Source: Octopus bimaculoides
Taxonomy: Eukaryota
NCBI RefSeq assembly: GCF_001194135.2
Contig: NC_068982.1
Coordinates: 48,353,632 to 48,417,631 of the forward strand
Reading direction: 5' to 3'
DNA length: 64,000 nt
Every line of letters begins with the position of its first letter. Position 1 is the first letter of the stretch. The position numbers and the translations under genes were made by a program. Of this stretch, positions 1-13,330 are shown one piece after another. The notes under the pieces are model-generated. The model ran no database searches and was not told the DNA's origin. It worked only from the letters and a program-made list of their open reading frames with translations.

Positions 1-2286
1 TGGTGAAAACAATATGGAGCCATATGTAGTTTGAGCTGAGCTTTGAATCTAGCTATAAAAACCTACGAGATGTACAAGTTCTTACAACTCTTATGATATA
101 TAACGAAACTGATTTACCTTGGATATATAGATGCTAGGAACATTATGGGAATAATGTAATTTTTAGCTCTTTATAAATGGGTGAACAGACTTTAGAAGTC
201 ATTGATTTAACTAAATATATAAATAAGGCAGTATATTATTTACACACACACACATGTATAAACTTACTTCTCCACATTCATTTCTATAAAGGATAGTGTT
301 TATCTTTCTCTCCCTATACTTTACCATAATAAATAGTTATGTGTTTGTTCCTAATCCATTATACATCGTGAGATCTGCTTCATTAACTTCAGGAAGTAAG
401 AATATGGAAGTTGTGTGGTTCCCACTTCTCTGAGCATTGACACACTAAAGTTTTAACATCTAGAATCTGACTTGCTAGAAGCCCACAAGACTATCCACAC
501 CATCATCTTTCCAATAAATGTTGATTATGTTCTTGAATTTAATGTCTCAACTATCAATGGATATACTTACAAAAATCAAAATCAGTGCAATACTCATGAC
601 TTTCATAAACATTTTTTTCACACTCAGAATTGTCAAAGCATGAAATAAACTATTTGGTGTTTGCTGTGAGGACACTGTATCCTTCTAAAATTCCAGAACC
701 TCCAAAATTCAGCAATACTACTTTTGACATACCTTTGCACCCATTCCTTTTTATGGCTCTTTTACTGCTCTCTCTTCTGTCTGTTTGTGTTAGATTCTGT
801 GTATTATGCAGGCACTTCTTTCATTGCTGTTTTTCTCATACTTGATTCATTGCTGCTTTCTGTCCCCTCTTTAGCCTTTACCCAACAAGTTGGAGTACAC
901 TCGAGTGCTGTATATGATAAGCTCATTTAGCAAGCTCACTGGCTAATCATGACACCAGCATCTGTTCTTATACTGTTATTTTATATATTGCCAGTGGGAA
1001 CATGAATCAATGCTATCTCTAGTGGTTGAGCATCCAACATTGACAAAACCAAGGAAGGTTGAAATCACATGATCTGGTGGTCTTGACACTGGATATGGTG
1101 GGTATTTATCTCCCTGCTAGCGATATAAACGTGTGCATTTTGCACCAAAAGCCAACATGAGAGTTTCTCTCATGGTATCTATCACAGTATAGTTTGTCCC
1201 AACAGAACATCCATATTTAAGTGGTGATAAATATTACCGATAAGCTCATTGTATCTTACCCTAAGGACTTAAATGGGTTTTGTTTTACCCCCAAGCCAGC
1301 CCTGATTAGCATGTTAGCTATAATCATTCCATCCTTTGAGTCAAATTTGGTCTTGGACTATACTATCTATTATATTTTATATTTTCCTTTACTTCATTTT
1401 TTTTTTTAGGAAATGGAATGATGTTTGAGAGTTTTGGCTATTTTCAGCAGGTCTGATGACAATGGGGATTCTATACCACATAAATTCAATCAATAACTTA
1501 TATAATGTTTGCAAAACATTAAAAAAATGAAAAAATCCCCCCAAAATGTCGAAGCTGGGATTTGAACACAAGTCACAGATCCAGTTTGTTAAATATTTTA
1601 CTTCTTACTCTAAAGAGCCTGCCTAAGAGAAAACAAAATATGGAAACAAAATGGAAAGGAAATAAAAATAAAAATGAAAAAATTCATTTTCATATCAGGT
1701 TCTGTGTTTGCCATTAATGATTCTAACAAATTGTACAAAAATAATTAAAGAAGAAACAATTTGCATTGGAGTGACTTCATATATAAATATATACGTTTGT
1801 TGAGAGAATCATAGCAGCTAAATGAATGCTTATGCTATCCTTATTAGTTCCTTGTCTAATATACTGCTTAGCTCCTGGCACTATTCCTGCAGTAGTTGCA
1901 TATGTCTTTGAGAAGAATTTGGAATACCCAACCGTTTTTGGATTGTTCTTTGGCATATGAGCAATGCATGAATAAGCTACAAGATATGCGTCACTCTTCT
2001 ATAGATCTGTAGATATTTATCCCTAAAAAGAATATTTGTCTGTCACAGGTGTTGAGTACATTTACAAAAGTTACCAGTTGAAAAAAGAAACAAATATAAA
2101 TTTTATTAGAAATATATACAACTTTCTTCTGTTTCTAACCAAGCTAATATTTCTTCATAGCCAGACATGTTTACATGGAAGAGTGAAATGAAAGACACTG
2201 CTTGTATGACAGTAATACTTCTTTACAACCACTGTGTGATGTCAAGACAGGAGACAAACAAACACGCACATATACGTAACCATATG

Positions 2287-2329
<43 letters not shown>

Positions 2330-2540
2330 CTATGTATGTATATATGTATGTATATATGTATGTATATATGTATCTGTATGTATACATATATATGTATGTA
2401 ATCCTTTAAGTTTGTTTACAGGAAATTTTTTGAATATCCATATAAAAGCTCCTATTCTGTTATGCTGGCTACAGCCTAATGTTGTCTAACTGGCAATACC
2501 TATTTTTTAGGGTTGCACCAAACTGTGTCAATATAATGTA

Positions 2541-2577
2541 GGATAAATATAATAATAATAATAATGATGATGATGAT

Positions 2578-2618
<41 letters not shown>

Positions 2619-2641
2619 TGATGATGGTAATATTAATAATG

Positions 2642-2688
<47 letters not shown>

Positions 2689-2695
2689 TAATACT
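2541..2695. repeat. Compound (TAA)n/(TGA)n microsatellite
   Basis: Seen directly; produces the poly-L and poly-I pseudo-ORFs. Confidence 0.95.
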
Positions 2696-3182
2696 TCCAT
2701 CCAAAAATGAAAATCAAGTCTCAGGCCCAGTTTATAACAGACTTAAACAAAAATCTATTATCTGTATAATGTAGCAATAAACATAGCACTTTAACTGTTA
2801 GAAATAGTTTTCCAATTGCCATCAAATCATTCTCTACCTATGCAAAACCAGAATGTCAGGGATTTTAATCTTTTAGTCTGGAGGGAAGGCACTACCCTAG
2901 TCCATTATGGAGCCTCAGAGACTGTGGGAGGGAGGACATTATTCTCAAATTGGAGATCTGACCTGAATGCTTGCAGCAGTGTAGACTCTATTAAAGGCAC
3001 ACCAAATACCAGGTGCTGGTGTTAAACTGGGTGATGGATTAAGTCTAGTCTGATGAAAAGACAAGAACAGGTTAATCAATATCTAGAAGGTCTTTTATCT
3101 ATATATCTGTACAAACAGAGCTGATCTAATATTTAGATAATAACAACAACAATGTCGATTAAATAAACACTATAATACTTAC

Positions 3183-3259
3183 AGTTATGAAATTTGCATT
3201 GATGTAGTCAGAGTTCTCTTCTCCTGGAATAGTTTTCAGTTTTACTCGAGTTTCTGGGA
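3183..3259 (-). CDS. PTP domain exon with RVKL and DYINANFI motifs (77 nt, phase 1-0)
   Basis: ttctttttcag|TCCCAGAA...ATAACT|gtaagt; (I)PETRVKLKTIPGEENSDYINANFIT, phase-compatible with the KNRY exon. Spliced KNRYIDVLPIPETRV resembles KNRYKTILPNPxSRV of PTPRR/PTPN5/PTPN7. Confidence 0.92.
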
Positions 3260-3574
3260 CTGAAAAAGAAGGAATACAGAATAACTTAGCACAGGATATA
3301 AAATCCAGTAAACAAAATAATGAGAAAGTCTTTGCAAGGTCACTTAAATTACCAGAAATAGTATCCAAATATCCCTGAAATAACTCCCTATGATCCTAAA
3401 GAAAGATTATATTGAATAATGTAATTCTCCACAGAATGTCTGTTTTTCTTTTTAATGTCCTGCACCCACAAGACTTAACCCCTTTCTTTGTGCAGCCACA
3501 AAAGAGTACAGCTTCAGAGTAGTTCTGTCCTCTTCATGGTTATCAGGACTTTCATGTTTATGTAAATATCACCT

Positions 3575-3770
3575 ATCATCATCATCATCATCATTGTTTA
3601 ACGTCCGCCTTCCATGCCAGCATGGGTTGGACGATTTGACTGAGGACTGGTGAAACCGGATGGCAACACCAGGCTCCAATCTAATTTGGCAGAGTTTCTA
3701 CAGCTGGATGCCCTTCCTAACGCCAACCACTCAGAGAGTGTAGTGGGTGCTTTTATGTGTCACCCATGCA
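3575..3770 (-). mobile_element. SINE/LINE-tail repeat ending in (GAT)n (family C)
   Basis: CATCATC(G/A)TT(G)TTTAACGTCCG motif; near-identical copy at 43672-43860; related copies near 25505, 26040, 32310, 38870, 62390 and 63540. Confidence 0.75.
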
Positions 3771-5237
3771 ATTCCATCATTCTGTAGTGAAACCAATTTC
3801 TATTATGGCACATTGGTGTCAACTAGTCTTTTATAGGCTCTACACATTGGTCTTTTAATGATTGATCATCTGACCTATCATGTGAGTTTGGAACAGTTGG
3901 TTGAGTCCTGCATTTTGATTGGTTGAATAATGCATGGGATATGGATCTCGGATCCAATTACATTGTGTGTAATACATTCTAAAACAACTAACCTGAATCA
4001 TCGCTGGGAGCCTCTGTCTCTCTATATATAGCCTTAACAAAAACTCAGTGACAGAGGGGTGAGAGAATTTTCAGGAAGACAAGTCATGATATTTTCCTGC
4101 TGTTATAATGAAAGACTTGCAACCAACAACTGCCAGAGCTGAATTATCCAAACGATTGATGAATTATGCCACCAACAAAATCTGTGATGTGTTTAATTCG
4201 TCCACTGTATAATTTAGCAGAGGAATAAAGTCTTGCTGTCATTTTAAAGTTTGTTTCGTGTATTATTCCCATGAGGTAACATGCAACACATGTTATATAA
4301 TGGTATGCAAGATTCTGTAGTAAATTAAGACAGACTTTATAACCCTACAGCTAAAATTCCATGCCACATGGAAGCTTGTTACTCTCTCTTACTGTGCCTC
4401 AAAGGTGTTGATAAACCAAACCTCAACATCATTACTAATATCTGTTGTTCTGATTCTCATGCAATTGTGTGCCATGTATAGTGGCACCAGCCTGTGGGTA
4501 AGTGTGTAGTTTGTCACTTCTGCCTGCTTTCATGCCTCATATTCAGTTTTAAAGATAATGCTCACATTTTCATATGCCATGCATCTATCAATAAAGTTTA
4601 CATTATTATGTCATATACTGAAGCCTTTGTGAAGAAGAGTTATATCCCCTTCATTCATAACCATTCTTATATGAATTCCTCAAGCAGAGTGGCACTGTCA
4701 TTTGTGACATATTGCTTCCACATCTCTCTGTGTGAGTTTGACTAATGTCTGAATCTTTCAATTGGAAAGAATTTTTGGACAACTTTGCATTTTTTGTTAT
4801 TTGAAATACTTTCATGCAAGTTTATGTTTGCAGATGTCATTTTTGACTGTCTTTACATCTTTTGGTTTCATTGTTTCTTTTTCTGTCTTTAAATTCTATT
4901 TACCTTCTTTTCAAATATGTTTTTGTGCTCTCAACAATTATTTTATTCTTCTTTTCCTGTGGGAAGAGGAAAGAGCTATGGTATACAGGGCTTCTTCATT
5001 TGCTTTTAGCACCCTTTTAAGTTCTTTCAGTTGAAGAAATCATAGTAAATTTAAAAAATAAATATTTTAAAAGCAGAAAAACAAGTTTATGTCTAAAATA
5101 CTGAGTTTTTATCTAGTCTAGGTATTGGGGTAGACATCCACATGTTACAAAATCCCCAGTTCATATTGGATTGCATAAAAATGATTATTTATTTTAAAAG
5201 ATTTGCATACAATTTTTAAAAAATTAAATTTACATTA

Positions 5238-5271
<34 letters not shown>

Positions 5272-5466
5272 TAATGTAACATTGTATATATATATATATG
5301 TAAATAGAGTTAGCGGTTATAATAACCAACCAAGGGATAAAATATCCGTATATACTATCAGTATCCGTTACCCGTGTTATCTCCGGGCAATAGAGTACAG
5401 GGATACCATATACATCGAGTACAGGTGACAATAGGATGAACAAAAGTTTATCAGGAGCCAATGCAA

Positions 5467-6853
5467 ATAATTAGAAAATGGAGAAAAACATAGATTGGCC
5501 AGTACATCGATTGGACCACATTTAAAGCTTGTTTATTGATGCAAAGCAAGACATAACAAAGCTAACAGCTGTTACTGATCAGATTCACAGAATGCAGTCT
5601 ATACATAAATGTGAGAATAAAATTCTTCATCTTCATAGGGCATTCAAATTAAGGCAACCAATTTTCATACAATATAAACAAAAAGAAGACAGAAGAGGTA
5701 AGAATGTATGGTTTAGGCAAATAGTCTAAAAGCCCAATATGTTAAGTGCACATAATTATTTACCATCTGAGCTCAAAGAACGTGGATGAGAGAGTGAGCT
5801 ATTAAAGGACTAGGGAACACTACAAGTTATTAAAGGGAAGGTGCAATTAGGAGGGGTGGGGTCAGGGTGTTAAAGAAAGAAATTATCCAGAAGATTTATG
5901 TAAATAAGATACTAACATAATTCTCAAAGGTCAAACCTATGTTAACAGAGTAAACTTAAGTAAATTAATGTAGATTACTAAATAAAAATTTACTCACAGG
6001 AAATTAATACCAAGAATCCCCCCCCCCCTATAGTACATAATGGAGTAAGTCTAATGGTATGGTTTGTTTATAGATAAACAAGAAAAAGAAAGGAAGTACT
6101 AACTTACATGTATGTGTATGTGTGTGCATAATTATGAGATATTTGTGTACATGTATGTTTTTCCAGCCTTTCTTTTTCCTGTTTATCTATAAACAAACCC
6201 ATTGTAACGGTTTTAACTCGTGGATTGTTTTAAATTGTTACTGACCAATGGACTTAGACTTACTCCATTGTGTACCATAGGCAGGATTCTTGGTATTAAT
6301 TTCCTGTGAGTAAACATTTTATTTAGTAACCTATGTTAATTATTTAACTTTACTTAAGTTTACTCCATTAACATAGGTTTGACCTTTGAGAATTATGTTA
6401 GTATCTTATTTACATAGATCTTCTGGATAACTTCTTTCTTTAACACCCTGACCCCACCCCTCCTAATTGCACCCTCCCGTTGATAACTGGTAGTGTTCCC
6501 TAGTCCTTTAATAGCTCATTCTCCCATCTACGTTCTTTGAGCTCAGATGGTAAATAATTATGTTGGGCTTTTAGACTATTTGTCTAAACCATGTATTCTT
6601 ACCTCTTCTTTCTTTCTTTTGTTTATATTGTATGCTCTTGATTTTCACTCTGATGAAAATCGGTTGCCTTAATTCGAATGCCCTATGAAGATGAAGAATT
6701 TTATTCTCACATTTATGTATAGACTGCATTCTGGGAATCTGATCAGAAACAGCTGTTAGCTTTGTTATGTCTTGTTTTGCATCAATAAACAAGCTTTAAA
6801 TGTGCTCCAATTGATGTGCTGGTTAATCTATATTTTTCTCCATTTTCTAATTA
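5467..6853. repeat. Long inverted repeat (arms ~5467-6055 and ~6254-6853), possibly inverted Penelope-like terminal repeats
   Basis: ORFs 5529-5729(+) and 6571-6792(-) are near-identical; the arms can be followed as reverse complements for ~590 bp with small indels; spacer ~200 bp. Confidence 0.9.
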
Positions 6854-6969
6854 TATATATATAATTCTAATTACATATATATATATATATAATTCTAATT
6901 ATATATATATACATACAAGTACTCAACATATGTTCAGTATATAGCTGTTTAATTAAAGTAAATATGTAA

Positions 6970-7445
6970 AAAAAGAGGAACTTATTGCTTACAATGCAAA
7001 ATTTAAACTTGTAGTCATAGAATTTGTTGAAAACAATAATTGCACAGCCTCTAGAAATTTGGTTTTGTTAAGAGTAATAATATGTTACAGAAAAATACCA
7101 AAACTCAACTGTAGAAAATGTCAAATAACAAACAATACCTAAGGAGAAAGTAGGTTCATTATCCAGAACTGGAAAAAAAATTGGTTGAATGAGTGAAAGA
7201 CCAGAGACGTTTTGGATATATAATAACAAAACTCTATGGAAAGTTATAACAAAAGACAGGAAATATAGACTTGGTTGATCTTCGAAATGGCTTATGCTAG
7301 AAATTATTCAGAGGGCATGCTTTAACTTTATGTCAGAAACAAAATAATTTACAAAAGCATTCCTATGGTTCAGATGATAAGATTGTTCAGTTTCATAGCT
7401 TTAAAATAAAACTGGAAAAACAGCATGATTCTGAACTGAGATATG
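6970..7445 (+). mobile_element. Decayed pogo-family (POGK/Brinker-type) transposase 5' fragment
   Basis: AYNAKFKLVVIEFVENNNCTASR resembles the Brinker DNA-binding domain (YxAxFKLxVxEyAE); HYPELEKKLVE*VKDQRRFG resembles the CENP-B-type HTH; DDKIVQFHSF follows. Stops and frameshifts present. Confidence 0.7.
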
Positions 7446-7559
7446 TACATGCAGGCAAACATAGACGTACACAAATATCTCATAAATACATACACACACA
7501 CATACATGTAAGTTAGTACTTTTACTATCTGGCTACTGAAGACTATCATCCAATTCACT

Positions 7560-8440
7560 TCAGGACATATCATTCCAACAACAAGTTGTTATCTACAAGT
7601 TGATACTCGACATCTTCAAATGTTGTTCAAGAAGCCTCAACATCAGCACTGCTCCATCAGCATCTGATATTCGACAGGCTTCCTTTCATGAGACTCCTCC
7701 ATGTGTTCTCTCCATTGCATGGTCAAATTTCACTCACATAATCACCCGCCTAGTGAAAGCTGTGAAGATAATCTATGTCTGAGCAGAGTGCTGTTTACAT
7801 GATGTACTATGAGAACTTTAAGTGTTTGACAAGATCGATTCTCAACTGTCAGAGTGAGGCTTTGGAAATCAGGCTGGCTCACTGATATTTCAGTGGAAAA
7901 GGGTTCTCTCTGATTCTGAGAAAAGTGATGGTTTCCTTCTGGAGGTGGCATTTTGAATAGCTATTGTGGTCACCACTACAACTGCCTTGAGAAGTTGTCA
8001 TATCACCAGTAGAAGCAGCCATTGGTTAAGGCTCTGAGACAATTGCTGAGGAGATGTTGATGGGACCATCTATCGGCACAGAAGGGACAACAAAGTGCTT
8101 AACTCTTGCTCATGTGTAAAGGTCTGATGAGTTTGGTAAGGTGTTGCAGACAGTCTGAATCAGGAATCTGATGTGATAGATATCGACTCAGTAGAACTGA
8201 TACCACTCAGTATGTTGACTTAACATGTCTCGGCACTTCGTTTATTGAGTCCTGCCAGCCAATTAGCCCATGCTTTCTTAACATCTGCACACATTTCTCC
8301 TTGGAAGAGATTTTGTCCACCTTTTATATTTGGCGTTATCAATCAAGCAGATTGGAAAGTAACCCAAGCCTCAACACCCTCTCACCACTTTGCTACCTGT
8401 AACTCTCTAAAAGCACTCCACTTTCTACCTGTTTGATCTT
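7560..8440 (-). mobile_element. Relic of an R2-superfamily (HERO-like) non-LTR retrotransposon 3' region: CCHC knuckle and restriction-like endonuclease
   Basis: Minus strand reads FLIQTVCNTLP...CPFCADRWSHQHLLSNC (C-x2-C-x7-H-x4-C)...ALTNGCFYW*YD, then a frameshifted LR[P]DI...RRVIM...LTMQWREHMEESHERK..EYQ, matching the LRPDI...ELTVPWE...EAHERK..KY endonuclease pattern. Confidence 0.7.
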
Positions 8441-8791
8441 CAATGCCAGCTGCAACCTCTATACAACATGGCTTCTCTTGTTCATATCATTCATCTGAAA
8501 AACTGTTGAAGGGGTGTTGTAGGGTGAATATATACTATCTCTCTCTCTCTCATCTCCTTCCCTCTTCATATATAATATCACACACCCTATCACACAAACA
8601 CACACACACACAAACATGCATGTATATATAAACATATATATATATATATATGTGCTTGTACATGGTCTGATCAATAAGTATCCCATCTGTTGCTATAGTA
8701 ATGAAGCTAAAGCACGGAGAGTAAAACTGCTTGGCACAGATTGAACTATCATGTTAAATCATGACATGGGTGCGTGCACACACACACACAC

Positions 8792-8852
<61 letters not shown>

Positions 8853-8999
8853 AGATAAGTTTTTTTCAATTTCTGTTTACTAAATACATTCTCAAGGCTC
8901 ACTTCCACTGTTTACAGCAATACTTGGAAGGAAGGTATGTAGCATGTAATCATTGCATTGAGCATGATAGAGAAAGTTGAGCAGAGTATCTGCATCAAA

Positions 9000-9345
9000 T
9001 TATGGTTCAGTGGTTAAAGCATTGGGCTCAAAATCATTAGGTTATAAGTTCAATTCCTGGACTGGGCTGTGTGTTGTGTTCTTAAGTAAGACACCTTATT
9101 TCATGTTACTCCAGTTCACTCAACTGTAGAAATGAGTTGTGACGTCACTGGACCAAGCTGTATCAGCCTTTGCCTTTCCCTTGGATAACTGTGGTTGTGT
9201 GGTAAGGGGAAACTGGTGTGCATAGGTGACTGATGGTCTTCCACAAATAACCTCACTTGGACTTGTGCCTTGGAAGGCAACCTTCTAGGTGCAATCACAT
9301 GGTCATTCATGACTGAAGGGGGTCTTTAACCTTTACCCCTTCGAC
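9000..9345 (+). mobile_element. tRNA-derived SINE (family E)
   Basis: TGGTTCAGTGGTTAAAGCA head and AGTTCAATTCC B box; the body matches 13070-13330. Confidence 0.75.
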
Positions 9346-9697
9346 TACAAAGTATAGTAGTAGCTAAAGCACTATACAGGAAGCAGACTGGATGATAAAA
9401 ATCTAAATGAAGTTCTAAACCCAACAATAGCACTAATACATCTATTTGTACATACCAGATATACTAATAACACACATACATAGGGTGGTGCACGGGCAGA
9501 ATCGTAAGCATGCTAGGCAAAATGCTAAGAGGCATTTTGTCTGTCTTTACGTTCTGAATTCAAATTCTGTCAAGGTTGATTTGCCTTTCATCCTTTTGGG
9601 GTCAATAAAATAAGTACAAGTTGAACACTGAGGTCAATGTAATCATCTAAACCCCTTCCTTGAACTCACTGGCCTTGTGCCAAAATTAGAAACCTAT

Positions 9698-9698
9698 A

Positions 9699-9790
<92 letters not shown>
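9698..9790. repeat. (CA)n(TA)n microsatellite, one of many in the window
   Basis: Seen directly; similar tracts at ~2290, 5240, 8780, 10390, 21270, 23030, 25195, 31015, 36885 and 53273. Confidence 0.95.
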
Positions 9791-9791
<1 letters not shown>

Positions 9792-9793
<2 letters not shown>

Positions 9794-10007
9794 AGGGATG
9801 CTGAAAAGTTCCTGGCATAGGGTAAAAGAAAATATAGGAGGATCAGTTAATTATGATTCTATTCAATATAATCCCCTTTCAGATTTACACACTTATTGCA
9901 GTGGTTACTCAATTCCTCTAAGCCCTATAAAAGAACTTGAAAGTTTGGGCCTCCAGCCAGGCCTTTCTCAAAACCCTTAAAGCCAGGAACTTTTCAGCAC
10001 CCCCTCA
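9792..10007. mobile_element. Mariner-type MITE
   Basis: Terminal inverted repeats GAGGGATGCTGAAAAGTTCCTGGC (9793-9816) and GCCAGGAACTTTTCAGCACCCCCTC (9982-10006), in a TA context. Confidence 0.8.
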
Positions 10008-10390
10008 TATATAAACACAGAAATACACATTAAGAAACACAACACCTGTATATGATATTACACACCATATTGTTGACACCAATTTAATATGGAACAATAA
10101 TCAGCAAACACACTGATAGTACTTGAACAACATTATGGTTTTCCAGTCTCTTCTCTGTTAGATTAGATATCAATGTTTGTCAGCTTCTAATTAAACTTTT
10201 TATCTCCACTACATGCATCACTCACCCGGCATTGTACACAGTATGGCTTCTTCTACTAACGTCTAAGATAAGCTAGAACATTGAATTAAATGGATTTACT
10301 GCTTTATTCTAATTCACAAAATGTATGATTAGTGATGACCTAGTGTATGCATTATAAACTATCATATTCATTTGATTGGTAAGAAAAAGA

Positions 10391-10464
<74 letters not shown>

Positions 10465-10698
10465 TATACACACATATATACACACACACATATACACACA
10501 CACACACACAAACTGAAACATTTTAGATACGCAACAATATATGAACAGTTGTGGATATGATAATGTTCGAAGATCATTTCTGAAATATTGGTTAAGTGTT
10601 TGTTTCTGTCATCTAATATTGAAAAGGAATGAATTAACTTCTGCTTTTATTTTGCATATATATATGCGTTTATATATATATATATATATAAATAAATA

Positions 10699-11640
10699 CA
10701 GGGTGCGGATGGTATTTGAGTACAGGTTTATGGTTCTAAAAAAGGCTTATATAATAACAGAAGAAAACTGTATTTTTATAAAAATAGCATAAACAAAGCC
10801 AAATTATCAATTTGATAATTTCATTTAATTAAACCATCATAAGCATCAATAACTGGCTCTGTGTGGGGTCAAAATCGTTTACAAGCAGGGATTAAGTGGT
10901 CTTTGTTCATATCGAACATGACTCAAAATGTGACGGCTTTCGAAGAATCTTTGGTACTATGGGGTATTCATTGACATTTTTCTCAATGATGCTCCGTACA
11001 TAGTAGTCCAGTGGATTGAGATCTGGAAAATTAGGAGGCCAAATGTTGGAGGTAATGTCATCTTGTGATATTTGAGCCTTGTGTGATGGTGAAGTATCTT
11101 GTTGAAAGACATAAGGCCTTCCATTGCATACACTGTTGATCCAAGGCTTAACAACTTTATCCAGAACCTCAATACATGCAGCAACATTCACCCTAAGGCC
11201 TTGTGGAAAAAAAAGTGAGGAGGCATCACATGTCCTTCATTGCTAACAACACCCAAAACCATGACACTTGCAGGAAATTTTGTGTGCATTATTCTTGGAA
11301 CCTCAGAAGAGTCAACACATAGCCATCTGTCATTTCTTCTGTTAGTTTTCTGGTCTTGGTGAAAGATTTTCTCATCTGAGAAAATCCAAATAACACCAGC
11401 TTCTGATGGATTTTTAAGTTTGTTCAAAAGTCTTTTGGATCTGATTAAAAGGTTTTCTTTTGTTTTTTCCTGACATGAATTCACCTCTCCTCATCACATA
11501 AGATTTGTATCAGATGACTTCATGCACATTACTAACCGTTTTTTCTGACACATGAAATTTTTTTGCAATTGACCTTATTGATTTTCCTGGATTGTCTTCA
11601 ATGTTTTGCTTAAGTTTCTGAATAAATTCAGGTGTCCTGA
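10699..11640 (-). mobile_element. Decayed Tc1/mariner transposon, maT/DD37D-like
   Basis: WIFSDEKIF...NRRNDRW...VMVLGVVSNEG (ORF 11188-11484) and YVFQQDTSPSH...WPPNFPDLNPLDY (ORF 10907-11191), frameshifted. TA-CAGGGTG terminus at 10697-10705. Confidence 0.88.
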
Positions 11641-12685
11641 TACAATTAGAGCATTTGGAATGTTTTTATTTACATTTTGATACCAAGAATACACTTCCAT
11701 TTTCTTTCTCTAACTCACACCAACTTTGTGGACAAAAGAGCTTGCAACTTTCAGAAAATGAGAAATTTCAAAATCACCATGCTTAGCCTTCAAAGCTACA
11801 ATTACAGCTTGCCTTTTTATTTCATTAGTAAGCAAGAGCCTGTCATTGTTATTTTCTGAAATAGAAGTTCAATAAAAATTAGACAAGTAGGCACAGGAGT
11901 GGCTGTGTGGTAAGTAGCTTGCTTACCAACCACATGGTTCTGGGTCCAGTCCCACTGCATGGCACCATGGGCAAGTGTCTTCTACTATAGCCTCGGGCTG
12001 ACCAAAAAGAAGGTAGCAGTTTTAGAGGTGTATCTTCTCATAGGAATGTGGGTGGTTAATTTAAGCATTGACGCACTAGCAAACAGGGTGGCAGTATGCT
12101 GTTACTGCTGTTGATTCTGCATTTATCAGATAGGCATGTGAATTGATTCTCAATTATATAAGCCACAAATTAAATCTGTTGTTGTGAGATTATATTGTTG
12201 GTAATATAGTTTTCCATTTCATTCTAAGTGATTCATTTCAAAGTAAACATTTAAATGGAGTTGAAGTGCTAGATTTGATGTCTGCAAAAAGATTATATTA
12301 CCAATAAATAAATAAAATAAATAAATAAATAAATAAATAGTATTAAAAAAATATGATTCACAACTAAGATAATTTTCCAGACTATTAATCTCATTTTTAG
12401 ATATGAAATATTTTCTAATATTGACATCTATACAATTTTTTATTTGGTTTATCTCAGGTGTCTTATTCCTGAATGTATACATCGTACTGTATTGGATTTG
12501 AATTAGAAGCTTTATTTTTAAGCTAAGAGTAATAATTTGTCTTGTCCATAAGGCCACTGTTTTCATCCATAGTTTGAAAATAATGCTTTCTAATTTGTAT
12601 CATGTCCAGGGAGAAGATAGGGGACGACAATGGGAGATTAAACTGACTGAAATGTCTATATAAATATCAGAAACCTTTTTAAACC

Positions 12686-12718
<33 letters not shown>

Positions 12719-12842
12719 GAAGAAGAAGAAGAACTCTAGATGAGGTTAACAGTCTGGAAAGTGATAATCTTATTAGCAAATAACTTGTTTCAGACATTTA
12801 GAGATTAGGAATTGGTAAAAGATTTTAAAACAACAAACTTAC

Positions 12843-12924
12843 TTGGAAGCACATCGATGTATCTGTTTTTCTCTTCCACACCAAGTGGCAGATCCGAGTG
12901 TTTTGGACAGATATTTGGAAGCAA
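12843..12924 (-). CDS. PTP domain exon with the KNRY phosphotyrosine-recognition motif (82 nt, phase 0-1)
   Basis: tttgcttttattgcag|TTGCTT...CTTCCAA|gtaagt; LLPNICPKHSDLPLGVEEKNRYIDVLP(I). Read manually. Confidence 0.92.
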
Positions 12925-13069
12925 CTGCAATAAAAGCAAATGAATAAAATATCCAGTTTCCATTATGAAAATGAATGGAATGAAAGAAGCTAATCAGATA
13001 TTGGTAAAACAAGAAATCATATGAAAATGCAGACAGATATTATGTTAATCTTTACTTCTTTCAGTCATT

Positions 13070-13330
13070 AAACTGTGTGTTGTGTTCTTGAACAAGACAC
13101 TTTACTTCACATTGTTCCAGTTCGTTTGAGGAAATGAATTACGATGTCACTGGTGCCAAGTTGTGTCGGCCTTCACCTTTCCCTTGGATATCATCAGTCG
13201 CCCATGCATACCAGTTTCAGAGATCTTCCATAAACAACCTTGACTGGACTTGTGCCTCAGAGGGGAACTCTTTTAGGTGCAATCCTACGGTCATTCATGA
13301 CCGAAAGGGAGTCTTTACCCTTTACCCATT
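13070..13330 (+). mobile_element. SINE family E, 5'-truncated
   Basis: Matches 9065-9345. Confidence 0.75.

Noticed and set aside
2816-3025. VRDFN resembling the GDFN motif of LINE AP endonucleases
   Set aside because: A single weak motif with no supporting neighbours; not enough to call.
1-3182. Next PTP exon (GY...IATQGP) and WPD/HCSAG motifs
   Set aside because: Searched by eye on the minus strand and not found; presumed to lie downstream of the window, so catalytic competence cannot be judged.
3420-3470. Minus-strand DIKKKNRHS as the KNRY exon
   Set aside because: No usable splice sites; the true KNRYIDVLP exon is at 12843-12924.
3993-4032. Short minus-strand segment ending in CAG|GTTAGT as a cassette exon
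   Set aside because: Weak acceptor, and it would interrupt the contiguous VLP-I-PETRV motif.
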